DNA of 29,576 bases from an uncultured virus (IMG/VR IMGVR_UViG_3300037493_005562) (Duplodnaviria > Heunggongvirae > Uroviricota > Caudoviricetes), in IMG/VR virus record IMGVR_UViG_3300037493_005562; one strand, 5' to 3'. Shown in pieces: positions 15,712 to 23,551 of the stretch. The position numbers were made by a program, and so were the translations under genes. Under the pieces are notes generated by a model that ran no database searches, was not told the origin of the DNA, and saw only the letters and a list, made by a program, of their open reading frames with translations. Every line of letters begins with the position of its first letter. Positions within the stretch are counted from its first letter, which is position 1.

Positions 15712-16344
15712 TTGCCCGTCCGCACCGTTTTCCGCCCCGTCGTGAAGGTCGAACCCGAGGTCGTCGCGTTGCAGTGCAACGTCTGTGGCGAGGAGGGCTT
15801 GAAGACAGGCATGTCCTGGCCGGAGGATATGCACGTCTTCGAGGTGGCAGGTGGTTACGCCGATAGTTTCCCGTCCGACCTGGAGACGCTCACGTTCGTC
15901 GTTCACGGGAAGTGTCTCAAAGCGTGGGCGGACACGTTCAAGGTACCTGTGGACTCTCGGCATTCAATGAGCCCAAGGTCTGTCCCAGCCACGCACAGCG
16001 AGACCGGAAAGGCTGTCATCTTTGAGTATGGCTGGCTACGTGACGCTGAGCAGCCGTTCGTGTTCTCGGAAGTAGCAAATCCCTACGACTTTCCGGGCAG
16101 CGACTCTCTTCCGCCCGTTGGCATCTACAAGCACTTCAAAGGACTCCTGTACGAAGTGCTGGACCACGGCTGGGACGTGAACGCACCGCATGACGCTTAC
16201 GTGATCTACCGGGCACTTTACGGTGAGTCGAAAGTGTGGGCCCGACCGGCACGTATGTGGGTGGAAGATATACGGAGCGTAGAGGATAAAACGACGTACC
16301 CTGAAGATGCTCCTCGGCCCCGGTTCGTGAGGTACGCGCCGTGA
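15712..16344 (+). CDS. DUF1653-like domain protein with an N-terminal Cys/His metal-binding region
   Basis: GIYKHFKG..YEVL...VIYRALYGE..VWARP..MW.E...PRF; N-terminal CNVC...HGKC; GAGGAG RBS before TTG. Confidence 0.8.
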   Translation: MPVRTVFRPVVKVEPEVVALQCNVCGEEGLKTGMSWPEDMHVFEVAGGYADSFPSDLETLTFVVHGKCLKAWADTFKVPVDSRHSMSPRSVPATHSETGKAVIFEYGWLRDAEQPFVFSEVANPYDFPGSDSLPPVGIYKHFKGLLYEVLDHGWDVNAPHDAYVIYRALYGESKVWARPARMWVEDIRSVEDKTTYPEDAPRPRFVRYAP

Positions 16345-17093
16345 GAATCCACACACCGGAACCCGTCAAAGGTCGCACGATCTGCATCGGGGATCTGCAC
16401 GGCTGTTACGACGAAGCCGTCGCTCTGCTCGACAAGCTCGCGGTCACGAACGACGACCGCGTGATTTTCGTGGGGGATCTCGTGGACCGGGGACCGAAGC
16501 CTCGCGAGTGTGTCGATCTCGTTCGTGAGAACGGATACCTGTGTGTGTTGGGCAACCATGAAGAACGCACGTTGCAACAACGCCACTCGCCCGACGAGAA
16601 GCTGAAGCCTACGCACCTTTACACGCGGCGTGCGTTGGAAGGGCACCACTACCGCTGGTTCGAGACGCTGCCTTTGGCAATCGTCCTACCCGAGTACAAC
16701 GCGATCGTCGTTCACGCGGGCATGTACCCGAACATCCCCCTTCAAGGGCAGCAGAATCGACACCTGCTCCACATCCAGCACATCAACCCAGGCAACGACC
16801 CCCTGAACACGAAGAAGAGCTACTGGCCCTCGAAGGCGCCCCCCGAGTGCTCGTTCTGGACTAACTTCTGGACCGGCCCCGAACGTGTGATTTTCGGGCA
16901 CACCGTGACGGACCGCCCACTCGTGACCGAGTTCGCCGTCGGCATCGATACCGGAGCGTGTTTCGGCGGGAACCTCACCGCGGTCGTTCTTCCAAGTTGG
17001 GAGATCGTTTCGGTTCCAGGGACGGATCACTCGAACGGTCGAAAGACGGAAGCGAAGTACGTCGTTCACGGGGATGTGAGGACGTACTCGTGA
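16341..17093 (+). CDS. calcineurin-like metallophosphoesterase (PPP family; PrpE/ApaH/phage Ser-Thr phosphatase-like)
   Basis: GDLHG, GDLVDRGP, LGNHE, VHAG, FGHT, IDTGA motifs. Confidence 0.93.
   Translation: MRIHTPEPVKGRTICIGDLHGCYDEAVALLDKLAVTNDDRVIFVGDLVDRGPKPRECVDLVRENGYLCVLGNHEERTLQQRHSPDEKLKPTHLYTRRALEGHHYRWFETLPLAIVLPEYNAIVVHAGMYPNIPLQGQQNRHLLHIQHINPGNDPLNTKKSYWPSKAPPECSFWTNFWTGPERVIFGHTVTDRPLVTEFAVGIDTGACFGGNLTAVVLPSWEIVSVPGTDHSNGRKTEAKYVVHGDVRTYS
16342..16375 (+). repeat. 34-bp direct repeat, copy 2 (5' end of the intact phosphoesterase gene)
   Basis: tgagaatccacacaccggaacccgtcaaaggtcg; exactly 720 bp after copy 1. Confidence 0.95.
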
Positions 17094-17704
17094 TCGATCC
17101 TGAAGGCGTTTTCGGTCCGCATTACGATGTCGTACTGATGGACCCCCCGTGGATGATGTGGGGGGATCCGAATAAGAACGCCGCGGCGGGCAAGTTCTAC
17201 GACCTCATGTCTGAAGAAGACCTTGCTGCTCTTCCGGTTCGTTCTCTTCTGCGGGATCCCAAACACGGCGCGTTCTTTATCTGGGCGACCTGCCCGCGTC
17301 TCGATCTCGCGCTACGCACAATCGCTGCTTGGAAGTTGAATTACCGCGGGGTAGCCTTCAATTGGGTGAAAACCCGAAAAGACGGCAAGGTCATCGGCGC
17401 GCAGGGAATTCCGCCTACGGGAACGAAACCCACGTCAGAGCTTTGCCTGTTAGCGACCGTTCAAAAGGTCGGGCGTCCGTTCAAGCTCTTGGACGCGGGT
17501 GTGCCTCAAGTCGTGCTCGCACCGCGCGGAGGCCACTCGGAGAAGCCGCCCGAGGTTCGCGACCGAATCGTACGTCTCTATGGAGACAGACCACGCATCG
17601 AATTGTTCGCGCGTGCTAGGGTTTCGGGTTGGAACGCCTGGGGGCAGGAGGCCCCCCCTCCCGAAACCTTTATCCTTGACAACGTGCCCGGTTCGGTTAC
17701 ATAG
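17090..17704 (+). CDS. MT-A70 family N6-adenine methyltransferase
   Basis: YDVVLMDPPW, FIWAT, FNWVK, HSEKP, RIELFAR, GWNAWG; GTG start coupled to the phosphoesterase TGA. Confidence 0.92.
   Translation: MIDPEGVFGPHYDVVLMDPPWMMWGDPNKNAAAGKFYDLMSEEDLAALPVRSLLRDPKHGAFFIWATCPRLDLALRTIAAWKLNYRGVAFNWVKTRKDGKVIGAQGIPPTGTKPTSELCLLATVQKVGRPFKLLDAGVPQVVLAPRGGHSEKPPEVRDRIVRLYGDRPRIELFARARVSGWNAWGQEAPPPETFILDNVPGSVT
17676..17703 (+). promoter_or_regulatory. sigma70-like promoter with a degenerate operator, upstream of the subtilase
   Basis: TTGACA-ac-GTGCCC-ggttc-GGTTAC-ATA; same architecture as 6071-6099. Confidence 0.65.
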
Positions 17705-17759
17705 ACAGTGTGAGCGAACGAAATCTCCCCCCCGAAATGCCCGAAACCCAGGAGTTCCG

Positions 17760-19733
17760 ATGCGCCGTACCTTGCGTACTGCCTTCACGTTGATCGCCCT
17801 ACTCGTGCTGTACAGCGCGGTTCGGTCGTACTTCTCTTCCGTCGAGTCGTCGGGGGCAGATACCCCTCTTCGGGCCAAGGGTTCGGGGCCGGGTACCCTC
17901 GTCGTGAACCTCGTGGACTCCGACTGGCGCTGGACCGACGCCGATCTGCGTCACATCGAAGACGTGACCGGCGCCGACTTCGCGTGGTCGAGCCCCGACA
18001 GCGTTGACGACGGCATCATCGTAGGGCAGGTCTCTGACCTCGAATACGCGATGGGCCTTCTCCAAAACGACCCGCTTGTCGAGACCGTCGAGCCCCAGGC
18101 GTTGTACGCCATCCCCGAAGGCGACGAATTCCTCGGAACCGGCGGCACGTTCCCGTTCGACGTGAGCCCGGTCGACACGCTCGCCAAGCCGGGAAAGCAC
18201 GAGAAGTGCTTCGACCTCATTACCGGGGTCTCCATCTGCATCCCCTGGTGGAATCCAGGCGGCGACGACTCCGCGAGCTTCGCGTTCCCCGGTGACGCGC
18301 CCAACGACCCGTTGTATGCGAAGCAGTGGCACATGAAGGCGATGGGCGCTCCGGCCGGGTGGAAGGATTCGCCTCGGGGCAAGGGCATCGTCGTCGCCGT
18401 GATCGACACGGGTGTCGCAAAGGTGGAAGACCTTGGGGGTACGAAGCTCCTCGCAGGCAAGTCGTTCGTTCCCGGTACCAAGGACGCGACGGACGACAAC
18501 GGGCATGGCACACACTGCGCCGGAACCATCGCGCAGACCACGAACAACGGCGTGGGCTTGACCGGCGTGGCTCCTGAAGCGTCGATCCTCCCTATCAAGG
18601 TGTTGTCCGGTGGCGGCTCGGGGCAGTCCGATTGGATCGCTTCCGGCATCGACTGGGCGACCGACAACGGGGCCGACGTGATCAGCATGTCCCTCGGCGG
18701 AGGCTACTCAGCGGTCATCGACGACGCGGTGAAGAAGGCTCGCGCCAAGGGCGTGATCGTCGTCGCGGCGACCGGCAACAGCGGACGTGAAGGGGTCTCG
18801 TATCCGGGGGCTCTCAAGGAAGCGATCGGCGTGTCTGCGACGGGTCCGACCGGCGCGATGGCTCCCTACTCCTCGTGGGGCAAGGGTACCGACATCGCGG
18901 CCCCGGGCGGGGACAAGACGCAGCCCGGTGGTGGTGTGTGGCAGGACACGATCGACGGCAAGGGCGGGCACGTCTACGCTGAGTACCAGGGCACGTCGAT
19001 GGCGACCCCCCACGTGGCAGGCGCAGCGGCGATCCTCCTCTCGACGGGCATGGAGCCGTCTGCGGTCGAACAGGCGCTCTACTCGTCAGGCAAGGGCTCC
19101 GCATGGGATCCCAAGTTTGGGTGGGGCAAGCTCGACCTCGCGACCGCTTTGCAGTACACGGGAGGTGGCGGCGGCCGTACGTGGTTCACGGGCCCCCGTG
19201 TCCTGGCCGGGTTCACGGCGATCTCGACGGGCCTCGTGACGCGGGAAGCGCCTTCGCGCTTCATGACCGTGGCAGTCCTTACGGCGCTGTTCGTGGTCGT
19301 CGGGTTCCTGCCTCTCGCGTACGTCCCATCGTTCGTGTGGTTGCTCGTACCCTACATCGGTCCGGTCCTCGCGATTGGGGCGCAGATCCTCGCGGCACCG
19401 TTGATCCACTGGCCCGACGTGTTCAACCCGTTCAGCGAGTGGATCCGATTCGGAGGCTTCCCCCTCTGGCTCTCGGCCATCCTTCCGGCGCTCGTGTCGT
19501 TCACGCTCGGCGCGTCCAAGCGCACCCGGTCGATCGCCACGGGCCTCGTCGCGGGTTTCGGCGCGAACCTGCTCTACGGGGCCATGTCGGGGACTTTGAA
19601 CCCCTGGTTCCTCGGAGAGTCGTACGGCGCGCTCTGGCTCTCAGGCAACGCCGTCGCGTGCCTCCTGCTGGCCCTGGCCCTCGTCGGCACCGACAAGCTG
19701 GAGCGCGAGCACGGTTCAGTCGAGGAGGGGTAA
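17760..19733 (+). CDS. S8 (subtilisin-like) serine peptidase with N-terminal signal/anchor, prodomain and C-terminal multi-pass membrane domain
   Basis: Triad VIDTG / HGTHCAG / GTSMATPHVAG; oxyanion AATGN; CAGGAG RBS before ATG 17760; several hydrophobic C-terminal helices. Confidence 0.95.
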   Translation: MRRTLRTAFTLIALLVLYSAVRSYFSSVESSGADTPLRAKGSGPGTLVVNLVDSDWRWTDADLRHIEDVTGADFAWSSPDSVDDGIIVGQVSDLEYAMGLLQNDPLVETVEPQALYAIPEGDEFLGTGGTFPFDVSPVDTLAKPGKHEKCFDLITGVSICIPWWNPGGDDSASFAFPGDAPNDPLYAKQWHMKAMGAPAGWKDSPRGKGIVVAVIDTGVAKVEDLGGTKLLAGKSFVPGTKDATDDNGHGTHCAGTIAQTTNNGVGLTGVAPEASILPIKVLSGGGSGQSDWIASGIDWATDNGADVISMSLGGGYSAVIDDAVKKARAKGVIVVAATGNSGREGVSYPGALKEAIGVSATGPTGAMAPYSSWGKGTDIAAPGGDKTQPGGGVWQDTIDGKGGHVYAEYQGTSMATPHVAGAAAILLSTGMEPSAVEQALYSSGKGSAWDPKFGWGKLDLATALQYTGGGGGRTWFTGPRVLAGFTAISTGLVTREAPSRFMTVAVLTALFVVVGFLPLAYVPSFVWLLVPYIGPVLAIGAQILAAPLIHWPDVFNPFSEWIRFGGFPLWLSAILPALVSFTLGASKRTRSIATGLVAGFGANLLYGAMSGTLNPWFLGESYGALWLSGNAVACLLLALALVGTDKLEREHGSVEEG

Positions 19734-20102
19734 ATGCCCGAACACACTTTCCAAGGCGAAACCGAAGAGGCGTGGCAGAGTGCTGCTTCGCGGCAGGCTG
19801 AACGCAAAGCTGCGCAGGCACGAGTCGCAGCGCGCTTCGACGTCGAGCGAGCGTGGTTCGTCTGTCCGCAACGGGTGGTCCCAGGGGAGCCCATCCCAGG
19901 CTCGATGGACGGGGGCGGGGACCGTTTCAACGGCGTCGAGGGCCACATCGTTGATCTCACGCTCGGCCCGTTCCTCGACGTGAACAAAGCCGTCGAGGCG
20001 GCACAAGGATGGAGAGCCGCAGGAAAGCGTTCTCCGCTCTGGCTTATCCTCGTTGAGCGAAACAGAATCACGCACTGCAACAAGTACCAGGAGACAACAT
20101 GA
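19734..20102 (+). CDS. hypothetical protein (122 aa)
   Basis: GAGGAGG RBS; abuts the subtilase stop and is coupled to the next gene (ATGA). Confidence 0.7.
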   Translation: MPEHTFQGETEEAWQSAASRQAERKAAQARVAARFDVERAWFVCPQRVVPGEPIPGSMDGGGDRFNGVEGHIVDLTLGPFLDVNKAVEAAQGWRAAGKRSPLWLILVERNRITHCNKYQETT

Positions 20103-20308
20103 ACATCGAAGGCGTTCTCACCAAGCTCGATCTCGGACCCGGCGTGTGGGTCGTCCGCGACGACCGTGGCGTCGAGTTCACCATCGACGGCAACGTACCC
20201 GAGGGCCTCGACGGGAAGCGCGTGAAGGTCGAAGGCAAGGCCGCCGACGTCATGGGCATCGGCATGGTCGGGGTCACGATCTCGACCACGTCCATCGTGC
20301 GGGCGTAG
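20099..20308 (+). CDS. small beta-barrel (OB-fold-like, possibly DUF5818-like) protein
   Basis: AGGAG RBS; IEG....D...GVWVVRDDRG.....G...DGKRVKVEG......IGMVG pattern recalled from a small bacterial family. Confidence 0.65.
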   Translation: MNIEGVLTKLDLGPGVWVVRDDRGVEFTIDGNVPEGLDGKRVKVEGKAADVMGIGMVGVTISTTSIVRA

Positions 20309-20310
20309 CC

Positions 20311-20604
20311 GTGGCAAATTTCACAGCGGAAGAGGCAGCGCTGCACAAGGTAAACACCGCCGAGACGAATTACCTCGAAGCGGCTGCCAAAACGGACCGC
20401 TGCGTTCACCAGCGTAACGCCTCGACAGCGCTGCGCGACCGGGTGGAGGCGGTGGACGCTCTTTACTACTCCACGGATCTCGAACGGCAAGCAATCGGCC
20501 GGTTGAGCATCGCAAGGCGCGAGTTGGGGATCGTCCGTGCAGAGGCGGGCACCCTCCTGCTCAATGGGGCAGGTCTCGCCGATCTCGACGACCAGGAGAA
20601 GTAG
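20311..20604 (+). CDS. hypothetical helical protein (~97 aa)
   Basis: GTG 2 nt after the previous stop; stop overlaps the next start. Confidence 0.6.
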   Translation: MANFTAEEAALHKVNTAETNYLEAAAKTDRCVHQRNASTALRDRVEAVDALYYSTDLERQAIGRLSIARRELGIVRAEAGTLLLNGAGLADLDDQEK

Positions 20605-20972
20605 TGGCACCTCGACGACCGAGTCTGCCCCCGTGGTGGCCGGATCAGGACGGGGGCGTGCTCGTCACGGTTCTGATCCTGCTGGCTGCCGCAACGGCGT
20701 CGTTCGTCGTGGCCGCTCTCGCTGCAAGCAGCGGAGCTGTCTTCTACTCGTGGGCTACGACCCCGAGTCCCTCGTCGGGAACGAACACCTACGTCCTTGT
20801 CCCCCTCGCTTTTGGCCCTATCGGTTCGGGATTACGCGCCTTGTTCGGCTGGGTCACGCGGCGCACGGAGCCCCCTTCAACCCCTGACGATCTCGCCCGT
20901 AACGTCCGAGACCTTGACGCGCGCGTGCGCGCGATCATGGAAATCGAAGACACTGAGAGGCAAGTACCATGA
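20604..20972 (+). CDS. hypothetical membrane protein
   Basis: Two hydrophobic segments and a C-terminal coiled coil; AGGAG RBS. Confidence 0.65.
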   Translation: MAPRRPSLPPWWPDQDGGVLVTVLILLAAATASFVVAALAASSGAVFYSWATTPSPSSGTNTYVLVPLAFGPIGSGLRALFGWVTRRTEPPSTPDDLARNVRDLDARVRAIMEIEDTERQVP

Positions 20973-21331
20973 GGGCCCGCAGGCACAACGCACCAACCAA
21001 CCCGAGGACGTCCGTGAGTCGACCGAAGACCGCTTTTGAGAAGTTGCGTAGCGGCGTGCAGAGTGTCTTCTCGTTTGCTGCGGGAGGACACACCGAGAGT
21101 TCTGACACCTCGCGCGCTTCGCGCGTGGGGAATCCGAAGGCGTGGGCCCCTTCTCCGGCATCGACTGCTGTAACGGTTCCGGCACCTACGCCCCGGGTGC
21201 TACACGCTTCCGCAACCCCCGTGCGTACGCGTGCGGAAATCGATTTCGATACGGAGATCGACGGTATCTCGGCGCGGACATTGAAGGCGTCTTCGACAGC
21301 GGATACGTGGCTTGAAGAGGAAAAAACGTGA
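20969..21331 (+). CDS. hypothetical low-complexity protein
   Basis: ATGA and GTGA coupling at both ends. Confidence 0.55.
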   Translation: MRARRHNAPTNPRTSVSRPKTAFEKLRSGVQSVFSFAAGGHTESSDTSRASRVGNPKAWAPSPASTAVTVPAPTPRVLHASATPVRTRAEIDFDTEIDGISARTLKASSTADTWLEEEKT

Positions 21332-21792
21332 GCGAGAAGGTCCGAATCCCCGTCCCGAAGATGCTCCCTGCTCAGTTCGCGCAGGCGGAACCTCGGGACT
21401 TCCACACCGATCTCGCACGGCGCTACGTCGAAATGATGGGCGGCGGTGCGAAACAAGTCGAGGCGATGCTTGGCGCAATCGTGTCGGCTTCCTTCTCGAC
21501 AAAGTCGTCGTCCGTGACGGGGACGACTCGGGGCGATGTTGAAGCGGCTCTTGGTGCGGCGTTGGACGTACACCGACAGGAGATCGAAGACGCCTCTATC
21601 GCCGAGACGAGGTCGAGGTTCACGTCTGGGGATCTCCAGTTTTTGCTCGCCTTCTACACGTCGCCGGACGGACAGCGTGTGCTGGAGCTGATGTCTCGTT
21701 CGACACAGAGCCCGCAGTTCGGGCAGGTCATGGATCGCCTGTTGGGGCTTGCGCAGCGACTCGTGCGCGGGGCTGGAGACGTAGAGTCATGA
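21328..21792 (+). CDS. DUF2059-like protein
   Basis: RFTSGDLQFLLAFYTSPDGQRVL matches the F-T-x-x-(E/D)-L-x-x-L-x-x-F-Y-x-S-P-x-G pattern; no signal peptide visible. Confidence 0.7.
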   Translation: MSEKVRIPVPKMLPAQFAQAEPRDFHTDLARRYVEMMGGGAKQVEAMLGAIVSASFSTKSSSVTGTTRGDVEAALGAALDVHRQEIEDASIAETRSRFTSGDLQFLLAFYTSPDGQRVLELMSRSTQSPQFGQVMDRLLGLAQRLVRGAGDVES

Positions 21793-22100
21793 TTCGTATC
21801 CAGGTGGATCTACATCCTTACGGCAGCGACATCGCCGCTAAGAGGCTTGCGTTGATGGAGATCGAGAACATCACCCCTGACTCGGACGGTCCCGCGGACT
21901 ACCGCGTGAAGTGGGTGGACGGCACGAAGATTCGCGAGGCGATGGTTCGGAGGCATCGACGGGGGGATGGTGTCTGGGCCATCGTCGCACGGGCGTTGGC
22001 TACGGCCGACCCGGATCGCGTTGCAGGGTCCGAGATCACGCTCGACGAGGAATACGAGGTGACGTGCGAGGCACCCCGGCTGAGCGTCGGGTCACGGTAG
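21789..22100 (+). CDS. hypothetical phage protein (103 aa)
   Basis: ATGA-coupled; last gene of the plus-strand run. Confidence 0.7.
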   Translation: MIRIQVDLHPYGSDIAAKRLALMEIENITPDSDGPADYRVKWVDGTKIREAMVRRHRRGDGVWAIVARALATADPDRVAGSEITLDEEYEVTCEAPRLSVGSR

Positions 22101-22116
22101 ACCGCCACGCAGCCTC

Positions 22117-22344
22117 TTATGTCGGCAAGGTGACGTGTCTCTTGTGTGGATAGTACGCCTCGTCGGCGAGACCCACCACAAGAAGGACAGCCCCTCGATC
22201 CTCGGGGGTGCCGTCAGAGGAATCGATCGCAAGAGCAACAGCGCGGGAGGAGGGGCTGCGGTCCTCGGTCGCGCCATGAATGATTTGCCGCAACGCCATG
22301 ATGGCCTCGGGAGACAGGAGAACGCTGTGCTTGGGCTTCTCCAT
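22117..22344 (-). CDS. hypothetical protein (75 aa)
   Basis: ATG 22344 with GGGGAG RBS, 1 nt after the stop of the LamG gene. Confidence 0.6.
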   Translation of the reverse strand: MEKPKHSVLLSPEAIMALRQIIHGATEDRSPSSRAVALAIDSSDGTPEDRGAVLLVVGLADEAYYPHKRHVTLPT

Positions 22345-22345
22345 G

Positions 22346-23548
22346 TCAGCTCCCCTGTGTGCGTGAGCCCTGCGTACTGAACGAGTTACCCTGCGGTACA
22401 GCGTTCCCGTTTTGATCTTCGGAGCCCTGGTTCGTATCCCCTTGGAAGGGCGGAATGCCCGCCGCGACGACGACCGCGTTGGCGAGGTCCGTGTACGTGC
22501 CACCTACCTTGGAGTCACCTTGGCTGTACTGGATCGTGTACGTGCCCGTGACGTCCGGCGTGAACCCGAATGTCGTACCAGCGCCCGCGTAGCCCCCGAT
22601 TTGGTTGAGCCAAAGTGCGCTAATCTCGGCAGCGGACAGGGCGCGCGTCCAGATGGCGTACTCGTCGATGCGATCTGCAAAGCGTTCAGGGTTGGCGGGG
22701 GTTGAGTTGCCCACGTACTTCAGACTTCCGGTATCGACGCCTGCCGCCGTCCCAACGTAGAGGCCGTCGATGTAAAACAGGGTGGAGCCACCGCTTGAGA
22801 CGGCAGCCATATGATGCCAACCCGTGTAGTTAGCGGGGTCCATAATGAAGCCCGTACCTACGATACCGCCGCCAAGCCATACGCCAAGCTCGTTGGAATT
22901 CTGCCAAACGATGATCGAAGTACCGTTGTTGGTAGAATTGCGATCAGCCGACTTATAGCTTCCCGTCGGGCCGAGGTTGTAGAACCAAAACGCGATGGTG
23001 TGGGTCGCCGTCAAGGGGACAGGCGTTATCGTTGCTACAGCCGTCGTGGCGTTGTAAGACCAAGCAAAGCTACCAACCTTACCTACGGCCCCTGTCGTGA
23101 CGTTGGTTAGGACGGCGGTATTTCCGTTTCCGCTGCTGTCCAGCGCGCTGCCCTCGCAATGGTACAGGACAGCGTTGCTCGCCATCGAGACGAAGCCTGC
23201 GCCGCCGTTGTCCGGCATCGGGGTCGGCGTGATGTTCGCGATGGCGCTTCCACCAGGAACGGACGTCCACGACCAGAGTCGGTTCGTGACGGATGCGACT
23301 GTGCCGTCACCACCTGTGGATGCGGACGAGTCGAAGGTCGCCGACACACCTGGGCTCCCAGAAATGTCGGGTACAAAGGGGACGGGGGCGGCCCATTGCC
23401 AGATCACCGCAAGGTTGAGGGCACCAACACGCCCCCGACCAACTGCCTCAGTCACGAGAGCCGAATCGAGAGCAGCAACACGGCCGCGCCCTGTTGACTC
23501 GGTTACGACGCCGATGTCAAGGGCCGCTACACGCCCATAGTCAGCCAT
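22346..23548 (-). CDS. virion protein with LamG/concanavalin-A-like domain and PKD-like segments
   Basis: YHCEGSALDSSGNGN, GKVG, TIAFWF, WHHMAAV..TLFYIDG, RIDEYAIWTRALSAAEI (LamG_3 pattern); FTPDVTGTYTIQ. Confidence 0.88.
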   Translation of the reverse strand: MADYGRVAALDIGVVTESTGRGRVAALDSALVTEAVGRGRVGALNLAVIWQWAAPVPFVPDISGSPGVSATFDSSASTGGDGTVASVTNRLWSWTSVPGGSAIANITPTPMPDNGGAGFVSMASNAVLYHCEGSALDSSGNGNTAVLTNVTTGAVGKVGSFAWSYNATTAVATITPVPLTATHTIAFWFYNLGPTGSYKSADRNSTNNGTSIIVWQNSNELGVWLGGGIVGTGFIMDPANYTGWHHMAAVSSGGSTLFYIDGLYVGTAAGVDTGSLKYVGNSTPANPERFADRIDEYAIWTRALSAAEISALWLNQIGGYAGAGTTFGFTPDVTGTYTIQYSQGDSKVGGTYTDLANAVVVAAGIPPFQGDTNQGSEDQNGNAVPQGNSFSTQGSRTQGS

Positions 23549-23551
23549 AGG

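Noticed and set aside
15622..16375. Direct repeats read as a CRISPR array or IS ends
   Set aside because: Only two copies 720 bp apart, they are coding sequence, and there is no cas gene, transposase or terminal inverted repeat.
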